Virus record (IMG/VR): IMGVR_UViG_3300020152_000007
Coordinates: 1-46,011 of that record
DNA from: a virus
Length of the DNA stretch: 46,011 nucleotides
Strand: one strand, 5' to 3'
Of this stretch, positions 31,026 through 39,250 are shown piece by piece. Positions within the stretch are counted from its first letter, which is position 1, and every line of letters begins with the position of its first letter. Made by a program: the position numbers and the translations under genes. A model generated the notes under the pieces. That model saw nothing but the letters and a program-made list of their open reading frames with translations, was not told the origin of the DNA and did no database searches.

Positions 31026-32605
31026 TAGAAGTTCCCCCCGAACTCGACATCGAGCTCGTACCCATACCAGCGCCATTCGATGGTCGTATTCGAGGCAAGT
31101 TCGATGGCCAACAACCTTCCGCTTAGCAATACATCAACCCGCTGGTTCGAGCCAATGGTAAAGTTTTGGTAAGGTCCCCACGTCACCGGACCGTTGATAA
31201 CATTCTGCGTTCCCACGCGAATCCTTACCACCCCGCCAAGCGTACCTTCAATTCGAGGCCAAATACCGCGAATGAATTTGTAGCTGGTAAAGTCTGGCGG
31301 CATACCCTGTTTGAAGGGTATCCCGATACCAGTGCGCTGCAAGAAACTACTCTGCGTAGCCGTATCGTTTTCGGTCGACTGGTCAGCCTTGTAAAGTTTG
31401 CTTTCCCCGACGCTCGCCATCAGCATCCCGCGCTCAGAGCTCTTATACAGCAATTCACCCCAAGCAGTTGTATCGCTATCCCAGGGTTCGGGGTCATTCC
31501 AGTCTTCCTGAATCGTTGGGTCAACAATACCACTGGAAATCATACTCACTTCCGGGATGTCCTTATACCCGACAGCTCCAGAGCGGTAGTTCCAGATAAT
31601 GGCAAAGTTGGGGAATTCCGCTCCGTCGACGGGAATGCAAATCCAGACTTCCTCGCGGTTCGGGTTCGTCACGACAAAGCTTTTATTTACCGCCGCTTGG
31701 TCAACGTTAGCACTCAGCCACCGACGCCACTTCTTGTTCAGCACACTCGTTGCACTTATCCCATCGTGTACGACAATGTCGCCTTGAGCCAGTACAAGAT
31801 GCCGGCCAGTAAGAAACTCTGTCGCGCAGTTTGGACTCAGCACCCCGAAGGTTCCGAATCGCTTCGAGAACCTGAAAATGTCAATCCCGCCGATGAACTG
31901 CTGCGCCCATACCGAATCCTCTCGGTAGATGATGTTGTTGTCGCCAAGCGGCAGGCAATCAATCACAAACCCGGAGCCATCGCTGAAGGTGTATTCCCCG
32001 GCGTCAAGTGTCGGGTCGGTTTCATCCCACGAACTGGGAACTGCAAAGGGGTCGGCCGGGTGGGACCATTTCAGCATTTGCGGGAATCTATCGCCATCCT
32101 TCGTTACGTCCAGCGCGATAAGATAGCTCTTGAAAACCCGCATAACCCGGCAGGTCGTATCGGCTGGCCAATTAGACAGCTCGGCCAGTTTCGTGCCGGT
32201 GGTCGCAGGTAGCCACATTTGTGGAGCATCCACCCCGTTGTTCAGCACAGGCACTCCGCCAAGAATCCCCCCGGTCCAAGGGTCATTCACTGTCCCCGTA
32301 TAGTTAACGTCGACTTCAGTTTCCTGCCGGGTGATGTTGATATGGTCAGTACCGTCAAAGACATACACCTTTTCGAGTCCGGCATAAATCCAGTTATACT
32401 TGTTATCGCTGGCGAGTGAGAACAACCCGTAAGGGGTAATGTCGGGGTCACCGAAAACCTGGAAATACCCGGTCGTCTTGGCCGCACAGTCGTCGAAAAA
32501 CCGCACATTCAGCCCGTCGCTCCACGCATTCGGGGGGAGGGTATGCGGGGGGACATCCTTTACAATCCCCACTGCGCCTAAATCGCTGACATTAAAAATT
32601 GGCAT
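31025..32605 (-). CDS. Tail structural protein (nozzle/tail-tubular-B-like by position, 526 aa)
   Basis: GAGGTG 5 nt upstream. The N-terminus MPIFNVSDLGAVGIVKDVPPHTLPPNAWSDGLNVRF is typical of podovirus tail proteins. Call rests on synteny. Confidence 0.5.
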   Translation of the reverse strand: MPIFNVSDLGAVGIVKDVPPHTLPPNAWSDGLNVRFFDDCAAKTTGYFQVFGDPDITPYGLFSLASDNKYNWIYAGLEKVYVFDGTDHINITRQETEVDVNYTGTVNDPWTGGILGGVPVLNNGVDAPQMWLPATTGTKLAELSNWPADTTCRVMRVFKSYLIALDVTKDGDRFPQMLKWSHPADPFAVPSSWDETDPTLDAGEYTFSDGSGFVIDCLPLGDNNIIYREDSVWAQQFIGGIDIFRFSKRFGTFGVLSPNCATEFLTGRHLVLAQGDIVVHDGISATSVLNKKWRRWLSANVDQAAVNKSFVVTNPNREEVWICIPVDGAEFPNFAIIWNYRSGAVGYKDIPEVSMISSGIVDPTIQEDWNDPEPWDSDTTAWGELLYKSSERGMLMASVGESKLYKADQSTENDTATQSSFLQRTGIGIPFKQGMPPDFTSYKFIRGIWPRIEGTLGGVVRIRVGTQNVINGPVTWGPYQNFTIGSNQRVDVLLSGRLLAIELASNTTIEWRWYGYELDVEFGGNF

Positions 32606-32613
32606 AATTCACC

Positions 32614-33030
32614 TCAAGTGCAAATCGTAGGAGCGTGCAGAATAGGCCGCTCAGGTTCTGTTGCAGAGGGCAAGCCGGCCAGCCGAACCGCCGTGTACAC
32701 GTAAAGCGCCCGGGCCTTTGGCATTCCGTCCTCAATGCAGAGCTGCTCCAGCAGCAAGTCCGCAAACTTCCTCCACTCTTTCGAGCTTAAGTACCCCATC
32801 CGCATAAGCTGGTACAGGGCGTCATGGATAAGACTCCCTCGCATGAAATCGGGAGTGTCGATAGTCGGACCGCTTGGACCATCCCAAGCGTAATCCTGCC
32901 GGATGTGCAGAAACCCTGAAGTTTCGAATGTGATAAACCGAGTTATGATAAGCTTTTCGGGAGCCTTATCTAAAAACAGCCCATAGTCTTCCACGAGCTG
33001 GTATTTATACCCCGCCCGGTACTTAATCAC
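32614..33030 (-). CDS. DUF1353-like protein (138 aa, GTG start)
   Basis: YAWDGPSGP...GSLIHDALY pattern; GTGA coupling with the lysin gene. Confidence 0.6.
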   Translation of the reverse strand: MIKYRAGYKYQLVEDYGLFLDKAPEKLIITRFITFETSGFLHIRQDYAWDGPSGPTIDTPDFMRGSLIHDALYQLMRMGYLSSKEWRKFADLLLEQLCIEDGMPKARALYVYTAVRLAGLPSATEPERPILHAPTICT

Positions 33031-33527
33031 TTTTCGTTCTTAGAGCTTGCGCCTAAGCCCTCACCGTACTTCGGCAAGTTGTACTGCAGGGGGTAGTGGG
33101 TGTCCAGCGGCCAACGGTACCCCAACACGCGGGAGGGGTCAAATGGCGCGATGGTCACGGCATTGCTCTGATTGCCGCCGAGTACCATCAGCCGATTGCG
33201 GGTATCCACACCCACAACTAGCCCCACGTGCCCAGCACCGCCGCGCTCGAAAATTACCACGCAACCGTAGGCTGGCAGTGCGAGCTTCTTCCCCCAATCA
33301 AGCCAAGCCCGTGCGCGGTAGTACGCTTTCGGGGGGTTAAGCTCGGCCATTCGAATCACTGCCCCAAGGCCTACCCCGCACCAAGGGGTCTCATCGTCTC
33401 GCCACCAAGCACCCATAAGCACCAACGCCTTTTCAATGAAAGGCGCAGTTTTCTTTCCGGGAATCTCCTTCTGCCCGAGATAGTTAAGTGCGATTTCAAC
33501 CCATAATGGCTTAACAATGGTTCTCAT
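33027..33527 (-). CDS. Cell-wall hydrolase/endolysin, NlpC/P60-CHAP-like (TIGR02594-type)
   Basis: Cys motif ETPWCGVGLG; His motif GGAGHVGLVVG; VLGGNQSNAV. Confidence 0.7.
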   Translation of the reverse strand: MRTIVKPLWVEIALNYLGQKEIPGKKTAPFIEKALVLMGAWWRDDETPWCGVGLGAVIRMAELNPPKAYYRARAWLDWGKKLALPAYGCVVIFERGGAGHVGLVVGVDTRNRLMVLGGNQSNAVTIAPFDPSRVLGYRWPLDTHYPLQYNLPKYGEGLGASSKNEK

Positions 33528-33814
33528 TTCATCCCCCCTCTAGGTGCATATAAATCTTCGCGGAGTTTCTCCACCTTTTGGTCAATCTTCTCCACACGGT
33601 CATCGACACGCTGAACACTTGCATTCAGCACCTCGATGTCTTTCTGTAAAAGCGGTACGGCAAGGTAGATACTCCCCAACCCTGCAATTACCGACATAAT
33701 TCCTGTTTCAATAAGCCGCGTCGTGAGTGGCGTCGGCTCGCCCTTTATCGCAAGCGTTACAAATGGAACATAGTTCAGCATTTGTACGAATTTGTCTGGC
33801 AATTGCTCTAGCAT
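33524..33814 (-). CDS. Holin-like membrane protein (96 aa)
   Basis: Hydrophobic segments (VPFVTLAI, GIMSVIAGLGSIYLAVPLL) plus a charged C-terminus. ATGA-coupled to the lysin gene. Confidence 0.45.
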   Translation of the reverse strand: MLEQLPDKFVQMLNYVPFVTLAIKGEPTPLTTRLIETGIMSVIAGLGSIYLAVPLLQKDIEVLNASVQRVDDRVEKIDQKVEKLREDLYAPRGGMK

Positions 33815-33823
33815 GCTTTTCCC

Positions 33824-34678
33824 CTAAGCTGTCCGCTTCCAGATATAAATGGCAACGGAGGGTTGGTAGTTTTTATTGGTGCCAGCTTCGCCAGCATTTG
33901 CAATAGTGTGAGAATGGGTCCCTCCGGTGGGGGTGTTACCTCCGTTTGCATTTACAAACTTTTTGGAGTTGCCGGAACCCGCACTGCCCCCTAGCGGTGT
34001 CGAGCCGTCTCGCGGGTCCGTGTAGGCATGCTGGTGAGTTCCACCCGCTTCCATCGTATGCGTGTGCTCCACGACAACGGCATTCGCACTCCCGAAAGTT
34101 TCACCGGCCGTATCCATCAGCGTATTCGCAGGGTCAATGCCGACAAGTGCGCGACCTGTCCCGAAGGCTTCCCAGGTGCCATAGCCCAGGCTGGTCGCGG
34201 GGTTCGTACTGGACAGGCTCAGATACAACCCATCAACCTTAATCGACTCATTAACCGGGTCCTTCAGTTGAATAGAGATAAACCCTGCACCTGTGCAGTA
34301 CACCACCACATAGGCCCCATCCTGCACAACCAACGAACTTGCTCCGTTAATCTGTTCAGGGCTGTCGGGGGTAATCGTTACATCCCCTCCATTTGCATAT
34401 ACCGAGAACATGTGGGAGCTGGTAAGTGTTGCGGCAGCACTTAGCGAAAGTTCAAGTTCTTCGGTGCAGTTGAAAAGAACTGTCGTATCGCCTTCAACTA
34501 CGGTGTAGTCCGTTTCCTTATCCACTTTGCGGAGAATCGCCCCGCCCAGGTTCGGGAAGCAGGCCAAAAGAATAGCCTTCAACAGGCGGATATGATTATC
34601 CCCCTCCGCCTTCGGATTGCCCGACTGCGGATAGTCCGCATTCAGGTCTTTGATAAAACTAGCTGATTCAACCGGCAT
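33824..34678 (-). CDS. Tail fibre protein with a collar-like C-terminus (284 aa)
   Basis: Internal ATG of track ORF 33824..34825, after GGGAGGGG. N-terminal FIKDLNADYP...GDNHIRLLKAIL; C-terminal HTH...GGTHSH...NYQPSVAIYIWKR. Confidence 0.7.
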   Translation of the reverse strand: MPVESASFIKDLNADYPQSGNPKAEGDNHIRLLKAILLACFPNLGGAILRKVDKETDYTVVEGDTTVLFNCTEELELSLSAAATLTSSHMFSVYANGGDVTITPDSPEQINGASSLVVQDGAYVVVYCTGAGFISIQLKDPVNESIKVDGLYLSLSSTNPATSLGYGTWEAFGTGRALVGIDPANTLMDTAGETFGSANAVVVEHTHTMEAGGTHQHAYTDPRDGSTPLGGSAGSGNSKKFVNANGGNTPTGGTHSHTIANAGEAGTNKNYQPSVAIYIWKRTA

Positions 34679-34679
34679 C

Positions 34680-35312
34680 TTAATCCCCTCCCATCGAATA
34701 TTCGCGGTTCGTGTGACTTCTTGATTCGTGTACAAGTCGCAGCCGAGCCCAGGCTGCAACCTTCGCTTTTGTAAATTCTGCAGCAAGCGTTGGATTCTGC
34801 ATGTGTATAGCTGCCACCGCTTCACCCACTTCCCCCATCACCAAGTCGGGAGCATACTTCAGCCAAGCATTCTCAATGTTCGTGGTAGGGAGAGGCTGCG
34901 CTGCATTGTACCGCATACGGATGTTGTAGTTTTCGTTGGGCGTCGGAAACAGGGTAAAATGCTCGCCGGAAAATGCGTAGGCTTGCGGTAGCCCGGTGCA
35001 ATTGCCCAAGGCAACCTGCAGGTCATCCTCATCGCCTTTCGTAAGCAGCTTCCAGTTGCCTTCCGCGTCCTCCACCCACAGTCCATTCTCCTCAAGCTCC
35101 ATCAGGAAGTCGTCAGGGGCAGGTATGCGGGGTTCCCCGATTTCTGCCATCTCCGTTGCATATTCCGTAACGAGGAACCAAGGGTAGAATTCCCCGTTCT
35201 GCTCTAGTCGCACTGATTGCGCCAGCTGCATTTCGGAGATAATTCTAGTTTCGAGGTCAGTTCGATTATTCAGTCGCTGCACCAGCAGCGCCACTACTTG
35301 GTCCCGTGTCAT
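34680..35312 (-). CDS. Head-tail adaptor/tail-tubular-A-like protein by position (210 aa)
   Basis: The ATG at 35312 has AAGGAG 7 nt upstream and ATGA coupling. Functional call is synteny-based. Confidence 0.4.
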   Translation of the reverse strand: MTRDQVVALLVQRLNNRTDLETRIISEMQLAQSVRLEQNGEFYPWFLVTEYATEMAEIGEPRIPAPDDFLMELEENGLWVEDAEGNWKLLTKGDEDDLQVALGNCTGLPQAYAFSGEHFTLFPTPNENYNIRMRYNAAQPLPTTNIENAWLKYAPDLVMGEVGEAVAAIHMQNPTLAAEFTKAKVAAWARLRLVHESRSHTNREYSMGGD

Positions 35313-36871
35313 ATATCCGCTCCTTGCTTTGTCCAACTTCCTGAAAGCCGCCGACCCCGGCGCCAGCCAACTTGCTTTGCTGCTGCTGCAGCCCGAGCCG
35401 AAGCTAAAGCTATGCCTTGCGCTGCTGCACCTGACTCCCCATGCCCATCCACTTGAGCTGAGCCGAAACTAAGTCCGGCACCGTTGATTATACCGATGGT
35501 GCTGCCGGCGCCTTGGGCAAATGCTCCCGTATCGGCAATGCCGACAGTGTTAACTCGCCCATAACCAAAACCTGCAACGGTTGCCGCGCCTTCTGCCTCC
35601 CCAACTGCCGGCTCGAATACAATCGCTGCCGCACTAGCCTGTCCACTACCAGAGCTTGTTCCGGTAGCTGCTGTATCGGCCCGACCAACAGCATCACCTT
35701 CTGCCTCCCCGCTTGATGTCCCGTCGGCAAAACGGCTTACCTGCACGTTGCTCACCGTAGCGAACATCTGCTGAACGGTTGCTGTACCTGAACTGGTGTA
35801 AACCTCCCAGTAAAACTCATCAGTGGGACCAAACCCAACGGTATCTACAGTGTTTTCAATCCAGCCATCCGCTGCCACACCCGTCACCGTCAGCGCTGTA
35901 ACGCCGTTCTTTTTCAGGTTTGCAGTAACCGTATTGCCTCCGGTAGAGGCAACATATAGCCGAGGGTTTCTAATTTCGCCGGAGTATCCAATGGGCACCC
36001 CCCGCCCGGTGGCGGATGCTGACGAACTTGTAGCGACCCCACCCAAGTGCACATACTGCGGGGTTGTGCTAAAGTTAGTCGCTCCATATCCACCGAGGTC
36101 AACTTCGTTAGTGTCAGAGGTCATCAGCAGATGCATACGTGCTATTGTCATAGACGTTACATCTACACCACCGTCCACCTCAAGCCGTAAATCATCTCCA
36201 TCACTTAATGGGATGTCAAGAGCTTTCGAAAAGTTACCTGTCACACCGGCCGCGAGAACATGACTATCCTGCGTTACCCCATTCACAACAACTCTTACTG
36301 TTGTGGGGGTTGTCCGAGTGTTAGCAGTTACTGCTGTGTGGATACCCTTAACATGGGTGAAGCCTCGAATACGGGCAGCAATACGCGCCGATATAGAACT
36401 AACTGAAGCCGCCCCAAAAGGGGGAACATAGCGGGTAGCCCCACTCCAGTTTACGTTACAAGTGTCGGTTCCGTAATAGCCACCGTAGCCTGACCCCAGT
36501 TCTATCAAATGCCCAAACCAAGCGATAGTAGGCATTGTCCCGGAGTCGGAGGTTGACAGCGAGTACAGGTCGTTTGCGGCGAAAGAGCTGCTTCCTGACC
36601 CTACGTAGGCACCAGTAACGCTTCCATCAAACACATCTACTTGCGCTGTCGCCACCCCGTTTTTCCGGGTAGTTACGGTAACGTTACCGGAGCCTGCTAC
36701 AGTTCGCCCTACCCGAAGCTCACTGATATCCGCCGCAACCAGATGCTGCAGCTGATGCCTACCCTCGGCAGCCCCGGCAACCCCATTTCCCCCTGCAGGG
36801 AGTTGATAGTGAGTCGAGACATCTCCCGGGTTTACTATCTGATACGCGTTTACCATCAATGCCTTAGGCAT
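35309..36871 (-). CDS. Virion structural protein with three internal domain repeats and a Gly/Ala-rich C-terminus (520 aa)
   Basis: AGGAG 7 nt upstream. Three repeats of the pattern ...TV(T/V)..(K)NGV(A/T)... : VTVTTRKNGVATAQ, VRVVVNGVTQDS and VTANLKKNGVTALT. Confidence 0.65.
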   Translation of the reverse strand: MPKALMVNAYQIVNPGDVSTHYQLPAGGNGVAGAAEGRHQLQHLVAADISELRVGRTVAGSGNVTVTTRKNGVATAQVDVFDGSVTGAYVGSGSSSFAANDLYSLSTSDSGTMPTIAWFGHLIELGSGYGGYYGTDTCNVNWSGATRYVPPFGAASVSSISARIAARIRGFTHVKGIHTAVTANTRTTPTTVRVVVNGVTQDSHVLAAGVTGNFSKALDIPLSDGDDLRLEVDGGVDVTSMTIARMHLLMTSDTNEVDLGGYGATNFSTTPQYVHLGGVATSSSASATGRGVPIGYSGEIRNPRLYVASTGGNTVTANLKKNGVTALTVTGVAADGWIENTVDTVGFGPTDEFYWEVYTSSGTATVQQMFATVSNVQVSRFADGTSSGEAEGDAVGRADTAATGTSSGSGQASAAAIVFEPAVGEAEGAATVAGFGYGRVNTVGIADTGAFAQGAGSTIGIINGAGLSFGSAQVDGHGESGAAAQGIALASARAAAAAKQVGWRRGRRLSGSWTKQGADI

Positions 36872-36897
36872 GACAAGCTCCTAGCAGACCTAAACGA

Positions 36898-37326
36898 TTA
36901 ATCTTCGGTAATTACTGTTTCGGTCGTCAGGTACGGGGTAACACCGCTGCCGCAAACGATGTTTGGAGTAATTTCCCCGGAGTACAGTAAGACACCGGCG
37001 CCACTGGACGCTGTACCAACCCCGAAGTGTGTGGCAGTTCCAGAACCGCCCGTCCCAACCGGGAAGGCGATGTCTTCTGCAGGACTTACAACACTGTCGG
37101 TCACAGTCCAGCCATCGGTGTCGCGGCTAACTGCCACGCGAGCGTAACTCGTATAGCCGATTTCGTTGGTAGACTGGTTACCGTCATCGCCGGGGTCAGC
37201 CGTATGTAAGCTCACGTACAGGTTCGTCAGCGGGCTGGTTCCGGCATCGTCGGCAAGATTAGCAATCGCGTCGCCATTGAAAAGCAGTTTCAGAAGGGCA
37301 TTCTCAAACGCTGCACTTTTACTCAT
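36898..37326 (-). CDS. Conserved-looking virion-module protein (142 aa)
   Basis: AAGGAG 7 nt upstream; FENALLKLLFNG...LYVSLHTADPGDDG...YARVAV...IAFPVGTGG. Confidence 0.6.
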   Translation of the reverse strand: MSKSAAFENALLKLLFNGDAIANLADDAGTSPLTNLYVSLHTADPGDDGNQSTNEIGYTSYARVAVSRDTDGWTVTDSVVSPAEDIAFPVGTGGSGTATHFGVGTASSGAGVLLYSGEITPNIVCGSGVTPYLTTETVITED

Positions 37327-37972
37327 TTGAATCTCCTTGGTGGGATATGTCGTAGGTTAAGACACCGATGTGTCCGATTTGCTTACTAACATCGTGGTCT
37401 ATCCAGATGTCAATGCCAGCTTCTTGGCAGGATTGGCAAAAGTTCCAATCCTCGCCGGTGTAATCCTGCAGGCTTTCGTTCCAGGTGATGGGGAACCAAG
37501 GCTGAGCAATGCGGTCAAACACGCTCATCTTAATCAGCATCACCCCGGTCCCTACTCGCCAGACCTTCTCGATACCCGACTTCTCTCGCGAATCGACCAG
37601 CGTACCCGCGAACTCTGTTTCAGAAAACTGCCTCGCGGTAGGATTAGCCGGAATAACTTTCGTAACGCAATTCGCTGCAATAATGTCTTTATCATGACGT
37701 AGCAACTGATGCAGTAAGTAGGCGGGGAATGTCTGGTCCGAGTCTACAAACAGCAAGTGCGTTGCACCCTCCTTTTGCGCTAGTTTCACCAGCATCTCCC
37801 GGCTTTTCGGAAGAATGCTCCCTTTGGTATTGTGAATGCGCAGCATTTCGATGCGCCCTCCACCAATCAGCGGCCGTGTTGCAGCTGCCACCAGACCTAC
37901 TACGCTTAGTGCAAAGTCAGCCTTCCAGTCAGGCCCACTCGGTATTCCTACTACAATTAAAGGGTTTTTCAT
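37319..37972 (-). CDS. GT-A fold (family-2-like) glycosyltransferase
   Basis: GGAGGG 5 nt upstream; DxD motif LLFVDSDQTFP; downstream GEDWNFC acidic motif. Confidence 0.6.
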   Translation of the reverse strand: MKNPLIVVGIPSGPDWKADFALSVVGLVAAATRPLIGGGRIEMLRIHNTKGSILPKSREMLVKLAQKEGATHLLFVDSDQTFPAYLLHQLLRHDKDIIAANCVTKVIPANPTARQFSETEFAGTLVDSREKSGIEKVWRVGTGVMLIKMSVFDRIAQPWFPITWNESLQDYTGEDWNFCQSCQEAGIDIWIDHDVSKQIGHIGVLTYDISHQGDSNE

Positions 37973-37989
37973 AACGCCCTCCGAGAAAT

Positions 37990-38018
37990 GGGACGGAAAT
38001 TAAAATAATCACCGTCCC
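37990..38018. promoter_or_regulatory. 29-bp imperfect palindrome, copy 6
   Basis: GGGACGGAAATTAAAATAATCACCGTCCC, 27 nt downstream of the capsid-gene stop and 17 nt upstream of the glycosyltransferase ATG (minus-strand direction). Confidence 0.85.
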
Positions 38019-38045
38019 ACAAATTACAGAATCACTTACCCAGGC

Positions 38046-39233
38046 TTACGGATAAGTTACGTTACCAATGTAGGCAAAGGTTTTCTCGTGGTTGACCTCG
38101 AGGCCAACTTCGGAAATCCACTGACCCTTCTTGGTATCTTCGTCGTTGCCTTGGATATTTTCTTGTGCCTTGGTATCCATCAGATGACGGTAACGCAGGC
38201 CCGCACCGTTAATCACAAACATGGAGTTCGTGAAACGTGGGTGGGTGTTCATCAAGGGGTGAGTCTTGATGTAGAAAATACCTTGCGGCGTGACGAATTG
38301 CTGCAGCTTCATACCGTAGGTGCTGATGACACCGCCATACTCCACGTTGACGTTGCTGTTACCAGCAATCATCTTGTTGAAGCTGTTCAGTGCACCGTTA
38401 CCTGCGAAGATGATGCGCTCATCGCCGGCACCTTCGCCGCTGTAGTCGAACACTGGATACAGAGCATCCAGGAACGCATTGACGGTTGGGGTTGTAGCGA
38501 AAATCTTCACATTCGACTGGATGAACGAACGCAGACCACCAGTGGTGCGCATTGGCTTACCGTTGGCGCCAGTCGTCTCATTCCGAACACCCCACATGAA
38601 AGCAGTTTCCAGCGCGACCGAGTGGTCGAACATCTTACGCTTCTTGTCGTTCTTCAGCGGGTCGCCGGTGCGAGTTTTCGTCTGACTTGCGGTACGGGTC
38701 ATTTCGTACACAGTCTTGAAAATCTGGCAGTAGTTGTACACCTTGGTCGGGTTGCGAGAGCTGGCCGTTGGTGCGCCGGTACCTTCAGCAAACCGATTGC
38801 CGATTTTCGTCAGATAAATGCTGGTGCCGGTGGCTGCAGCAGTAGTGCCTGCCTGACCACGACGGATGACGATAGCGGTGTCGGAAGTAACCGAAGAAAC
38901 TTCCACAACTTCGTTGTCGTAGGTAGCGCTGTCGGCTTTTTCAACCAACAGCAAATCGCCTGGAACCAGTTGCAAACCACCGGCGGCCAAGCCCAGGGCT
39001 GTGGACGAAGCACTTGCACCAGTCGAGTCGGACTGCACACGAATCTGGTTCAGTTCTTCTTCCCACCAGATGAACTCAGGGTCATCGGTGCCTGCACTTT
39101 TCGCCTTGGACATCAGGGCGGTCAGCGGGGTCACACCGTTCGGGTCGCGCCAGAGAATGGCGTCCCGAAAGTTCTTTGGGCGTTCGTCGGTTGCCCAGTC
39201 ACCGGTACCACGTAAACCTGCAATAGCTGGCAT
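38046..39233 (-). CDS. Major capsid protein
   Basis: AAGGAG 8 nt upstream; position after portal and scaffold; N-terminus MPAIAGLRGTGDWATDERPKNFRDAILWRDPNGVTPLTALMSK is characteristic of a podovirus/HK97-fold coat family. Confidence 0.8.
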   Translation of the reverse strand: MPAIAGLRGTGDWATDERPKNFRDAILWRDPNGVTPLTALMSKAKSAGTDDPEFIWWEEELNQIRVQSDSTGASASSTALGLAAGGLQLVPGDLLLVEKADSATYDNEVVEVSSVTSDTAIVIRRGQAGTTAAATGTSIYLTKIGNRFAEGTGAPTASSRNPTKVYNYCQIFKTVYEMTRTASQTKTRTGDPLKNDKKRKMFDHSVALETAFMWGVRNETTGANGKPMRTTGGLRSFIQSNVKIFATTPTVNAFLDALYPVFDYSGEGAGDERIIFAGNGALNSFNKMIAGNSNVNVEYGGVISTYGMKLQQFVTPQGIFYIKTHPLMNTHPRFTNSMFVINGAGLRYRHLMDTKAQENIQGNDEDTKKGQWISEVGLEVNHEKTFAYIGNVTYP

Positions 39234-39250
39234 GTTACTACTCCTTTAAA

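Noticed and set aside
31136-31160. GGTTCGAGCC, a tRNA T-loop-like string
   Set aside because: No flanking acceptor, D or anticodon stems can be drawn, and it lies inside a well-supported CDS. No tRNA was found anywhere in the window.
31166-32212. 348-aa plus-strand ORF antisense to the 526-aa tail protein
   Set aside because: It is a shadow ORF with no SD and an Arg/Pro/Val-rich composition. The minus-strand gene is translationally coupled to its neighbours.
33824-36871. Diversity-generating retroelement (BPP-1-style) acting on the fibre genes
   Set aside because: The window has no reverse-transcriptase ORF. I saw no template/variable repeat pair matching the fibre C-termini.
38088-39215. 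375-aa plus-strand ORF antisense to the capsid gene
   Set aside because: This is a shadow ORF of a GC-rich gene. It has no SD and a low-complexity V/G/R-rich translation, whereas the opposite strand has a strong SD and a recognisable coat-protein N-terminus.
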